DNA of 64,000 nucleotides from Thermoproteota archaeon. GTDB lineage: Archaea > Korarchaeota > Korarchaeia > Korarchaeales > Korarchaeaceae. The position numbers were made by a program, and so were the translations under genes. How positions within the stretch are numbered: position 1 is the stretch's first letter; each line of letters opens with the position of its first letter. The notes under the pieces were generated by a model, which saw only the letters and a list, made by a program, of their open reading frames with translations, was not told where the DNA came from and made no database searches. Below are positions 61,919-64,000 of this stretch, piece after piece. The DNA is taken from the NCBI GenBank assembly GCA_027491915.1, contig JAOZGC010000002.1, positions 379,344-443,343 on the forward strand, given 5' to 3'.

Positions 61919-62938
61919 ATGACGTCCCGTCCCCTCCTGCTGGCGGTCCTGGTCCTGGCGCTCCTACCCAACCCGCCCGCGATATCCCGGGCTGGCGGGA
62001 CGACCAGGAGGGTGGCCGTCTACTCCAACGACATAGACTGGGGACTGTGCGGGGCCGAGATAACCGAGGCCGCCGCCAGGGCCGGGGTCGTCCTGGACCG
62101 GGTGAGCGACCCCTCCCTGCTCCGGGACTACGACGCGGTCATAGTGCTCGGGGGGCACATGGCCCCGACCGACCGGTCCATGCCCGACAACATCGCCTCC
62201 GACTACCTCACCCCCGACCAGAGGTCCAGACTGGAGGGGGAGCCGGACGCCGAGATAGTGGTGGTCGTGCCGGGCCGCCCGGAGATCTTCGTCTTCGCCG
62301 GCCACGACAGGTACGACACCAGGGACCTGGCCCTCTCGGACTCCGACGGGGACGGGTGGGGCAACGCCGCGGAGGTGGTCCGGGGCTCGAGGTTCGACTC
62401 CCCGGAGGGACCCCTGTGGGGGAGGGAGGTGCTGCTGATAGTCTCCCACGACGGCTTCCAGGACGTCGAGTACTCCACGGTCAGGGACCACCTGGAGTCT
62501 CGGGGGGCCTCGATCTCGGTGGCGAGCGACCTACCCGGAACGGCCAGGGGCGTCTCCGGGACGGAGGTTCACGTGGACCTCACCCTGGACGAGGTCTCGG
62601 TCTCCGACTACGACGCCGTGATCTTCATAGGGGGCCCGGGGACCCCCCAGCACCTCTGGGGCGACGGGCGGGCCGAGGCCATAGCCTCCCAGGCCGCGGC
62701 GCTCGGGATCCCGCTGGGGGCGATATGCCTGGCCCCCGGGGTCCTGGCCGACGCGGGGGTCCTGAGGGGGAGGAGGGCGACCGTCTACCCCGACCCCTCG
62801 GCCGTCCAGAAACTCCTGGACGGGGGCGCGGAGTACGTCGACGAGCCCGTCGTGGTGGACGGAACGATAGTGACCGCGAGGGACCCGGCCGCCGCCCGCG
62901 CCTTCGCCAGGGAGATCTCGAGGCTCCTCAGGTGGTGA
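61919..62938 (+). CDS. Secreted two-domain protein with C-terminal DJ-1/PfpI-family domain
   Basis: Signal LLLAVLVLALL. DSDGDGWGN Ca-loop-like motif. C-terminal YDAVIFIGGPG...PLGAICLAPGVLA (nucleophile-elbow Cys). Confidence 0.7.
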   Translation: MTSRPLLLAVLVLALLPNPPAISRAGGTTRRVAVYSNDIDWGLCGAEITEAAARAGVVLDRVSDPSLLRDYDAVIVLGGHMAPTDRSMPDNIASDYLTPDQRSRLEGEPDAEIVVVVPGRPEIFVFAGHDRYDTRDLALSDSDGDGWGNAAEVVRGSRFDSPEGPLWGREVLLIVSHDGFQDVEYSTVRDHLESRGASISVASDLPGTARGVSGTEVHVDLTLDEVSVSDYDAVIFIGGPGTPQHLWGDGRAEAIASQAAALGIPLGAICLAPGVLADAGVLRGRRATVYPDPSAVQKLLDGGAEYVDEPVVVDGTIVTARDPAAARAFAREISRLLRW

Positions 62939-63009
62939 GGGCCCAGAAGTGAAGGGCCAAACGGGAAAAAGGAGGTGGGTGTGGAGGGAGACGCGTGGCG
63001 GGCTCGGGT

Positions 63010-63357
63010 TCAGAGCCCCTTCTCCTCGAGCTCTATCTCGATCCCGCCGACCATCCCCGCGACCACGTTGTACAGGAAGGCGGCTATGGCCCCCACTATG
63101 CCCGCGATGACCCCGTAGATTATCCCGCCTATTATGGCCCCGACCAGGCCGATCCCGGCGAAGGCCAGCCCACCTCCCGTCACGGCCGGGCCGTGGCTCG
63201 GGGGCATCCCGAGGCCGGGACCCATACCGTAACCGTAGATCGACGGGAGCCCTATCAGGGCTATCAGGATCCCTATTATCAGGCCCAGGATTATACCCAG
63301 GACCAGGTAGACCTTGAAGACGGAGAACACCCCTATGTGGGTCAGCTCGTACCTCAA
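63010..63357 (-). CDS. Small Gly/Ile-rich integral membrane protein (hypothetical)
   Basis: 115 aa with three hydrophobic segments. TTG start about 30 nt downstream of a TATA-like GTTTATATTC. Confidence 0.5.
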   Translation of the reverse strand: MRYELTHIGVFSVFKVYLVLGIILGLIIGILIALIGLPSIYGYGMGPGLGMPPSHGPAVTGGGLAFAGIGLVGAIIGGIIYGVIAGIVGAIAAFLYNVVAGMVGGIEIELEEKGL

Positions 63358-63497
63358 CCGCCGTCACCCCCGAGACCCGGGATCGCCTGAATATAAACGA
63401 TGCCACCGCCGGCCGTAAAATCTGAGTCTGGGACCGGTCCCGAAGGGCGGGAGCGGCCCTTATATGCCGGATCCCGGGGGGAGGGGGGGGTGATCTC

Positions 63498-63794
63498 TTG
63501 GCCGTCGAGCTGAGGAGGAAGGCCCGAGCGTTCGTCCTGGTCTCGACCAAGCCGGGGGCCGAGGTGGGCGTGGCCCAGAGGCTCCTCACCTACCCGGAGG
63601 TCGTGGAGGCCCACGTCATACCGGGGGAGTACGACGTCCTGGCCGTCCTGGAGATCAGGAGGGACATAGTGGCCCCGAGCTCCGAGGAGATAATGGACTT
63701 CGTCATCAACACCGTGGCCAAGATGGACGGCGTGGAGGACACCCACACGATAATACCCAGCCACTCCTGGAGCAAGCTGCCGGGGGCGGGGTGA
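63498..63794 (+). CDS. Stand-alone Lrp/AsnC ligand-binding (RAM) domain protein (second copy in the window)
   Basis: AFVLVSTKPGAEVGVAQRLLTYPEVVEAHVIPGEYDVLAVLE. TTG start. Confidence 0.7.
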   Translation: MAVELRRKARAFVLVSTKPGAEVGVAQRLLTYPEVVEAHVIPGEYDVLAVLEIRRDIVAPSSEEIMDFVINTVAKMDGVEDTHTIIPSHSWSKLPGAG

Positions 63795-63807
63795 CCGCCC
63801 GGCCCCC

Positions 63808-64000
63808 TCAGGGGATTATCTCCGTGGTGTTGTTGTAGGGGGGGTAGAGGACCTCTCCGGGGTCTATCCTCCCCTCGCCGATCAGGGCCCGGACCTCGTC
63901 GGCCACCGAGAGCACCTCGTCCACCAGGTGCCTGGTAAGGTCGCAGAGGGCCTCGAATCCCTCCTCCCCCCAGAGCCTCTCGACGTGGGCGTAGAGGCAC
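63808..64000 (-). CDS. 3' end of an unidentified protein gene (5' part outside the window)
   Basis: The - strand frame reads ..LYAHVERLWGEEGFEALCDLTRHLVDEVLSVADEVRALIGEGRIDPGEVLYPPYNNTTEIIP-stop (TGA at 63810-63808), with genome-typical codons. It is not in the ORF track because no start codon lies inside the window. Confidence 0.5.
   Translation of the reverse strand, partial: CLYAHVERLWGEEGFEALCDLTRHLVDEVLSVADEVRALIGEGRIDPGEVLYPPYNNTTEIIP

Noticed and set aside
1-64000. CRISPR arrays, rRNA/tRNA genes, IS elements, integrases, prophage or plasmid genes
   Set aside because: No regularly spaced direct repeats and no transposase-, integrase- or capsid-like translations were seen on either strand. 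The only tandem repeats are short in-frame coding repeats (41173-41226 and 51207-51248).

Overview
The window is a visibly GC-rich (about two-thirds G+C by eye) chromosomal segment. It is almost certainly archaeal: GMP synthase is split into separate A and B subunit genes, a presenilin-type protease is present, DUF835-like and membrane-tethered wHTH proteins occur, four tungsten-type aldehyde:ferredoxin oxidoreductase (AOR) paralogues are encoded, and A/T-rich TATA-like boxes sit 22-32 nt upstream of many start codons (leaderless-type architecture). Codon usage (AGG/AGA Arg, ATA Ile, GAG, AAG) is consistent across the calls. About 60 protein genes are densely packed on both strands, many with 1-8 nt overlaps. 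I saw no rRNA, tRNA, CRISPR array, transposase or integrase. The many long R/G/P-rich ORFs in the track are shadow frames caused by stop-codon scarcity.

Main blocks:
- Housekeeping genes and a HEPN/MNT pair (1-4.7 kb).
- A nickel-pincer cofactor cluster, larE / larB-larC, with an MFS gene and no larA (4.7-10.6 kb).
- AOR-1 with a MoaD-like protein and a radical-SAM/SPASM maturase (11.2-14.8 kb).
- A secreted/surface-protein block including a ~910-aa beta-helix protein broken by a frameshift in a G8/C8 run (14.8-20.1 kb).
- A YgeW-type carbamoyltransferase, a DUF835-like membrane protein and a BMP-family nucleoside/nucleobase ABC transporter (21-29 kb).
- The most unusual feature: a tightly coupled 7-gene operon at 29.2-38.5 kb. 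Its order is 4-cluster ferredoxin, AOR-2, PyrD/PreA-like Fe-S flavoprotein, 4-cluster ferredoxin, AOR-3, PyrC/hydantoinase-like amidohydrolase, AOR-4.
- Transport, stress, protease and isoprenoid (HMG-CoA reductase) genes, guaB, split guaA, an aminotransferase and others (38.6-64 kb).

All functional calls come from reading the translated ORFs for motifs remembered from the families. No database search was possible.
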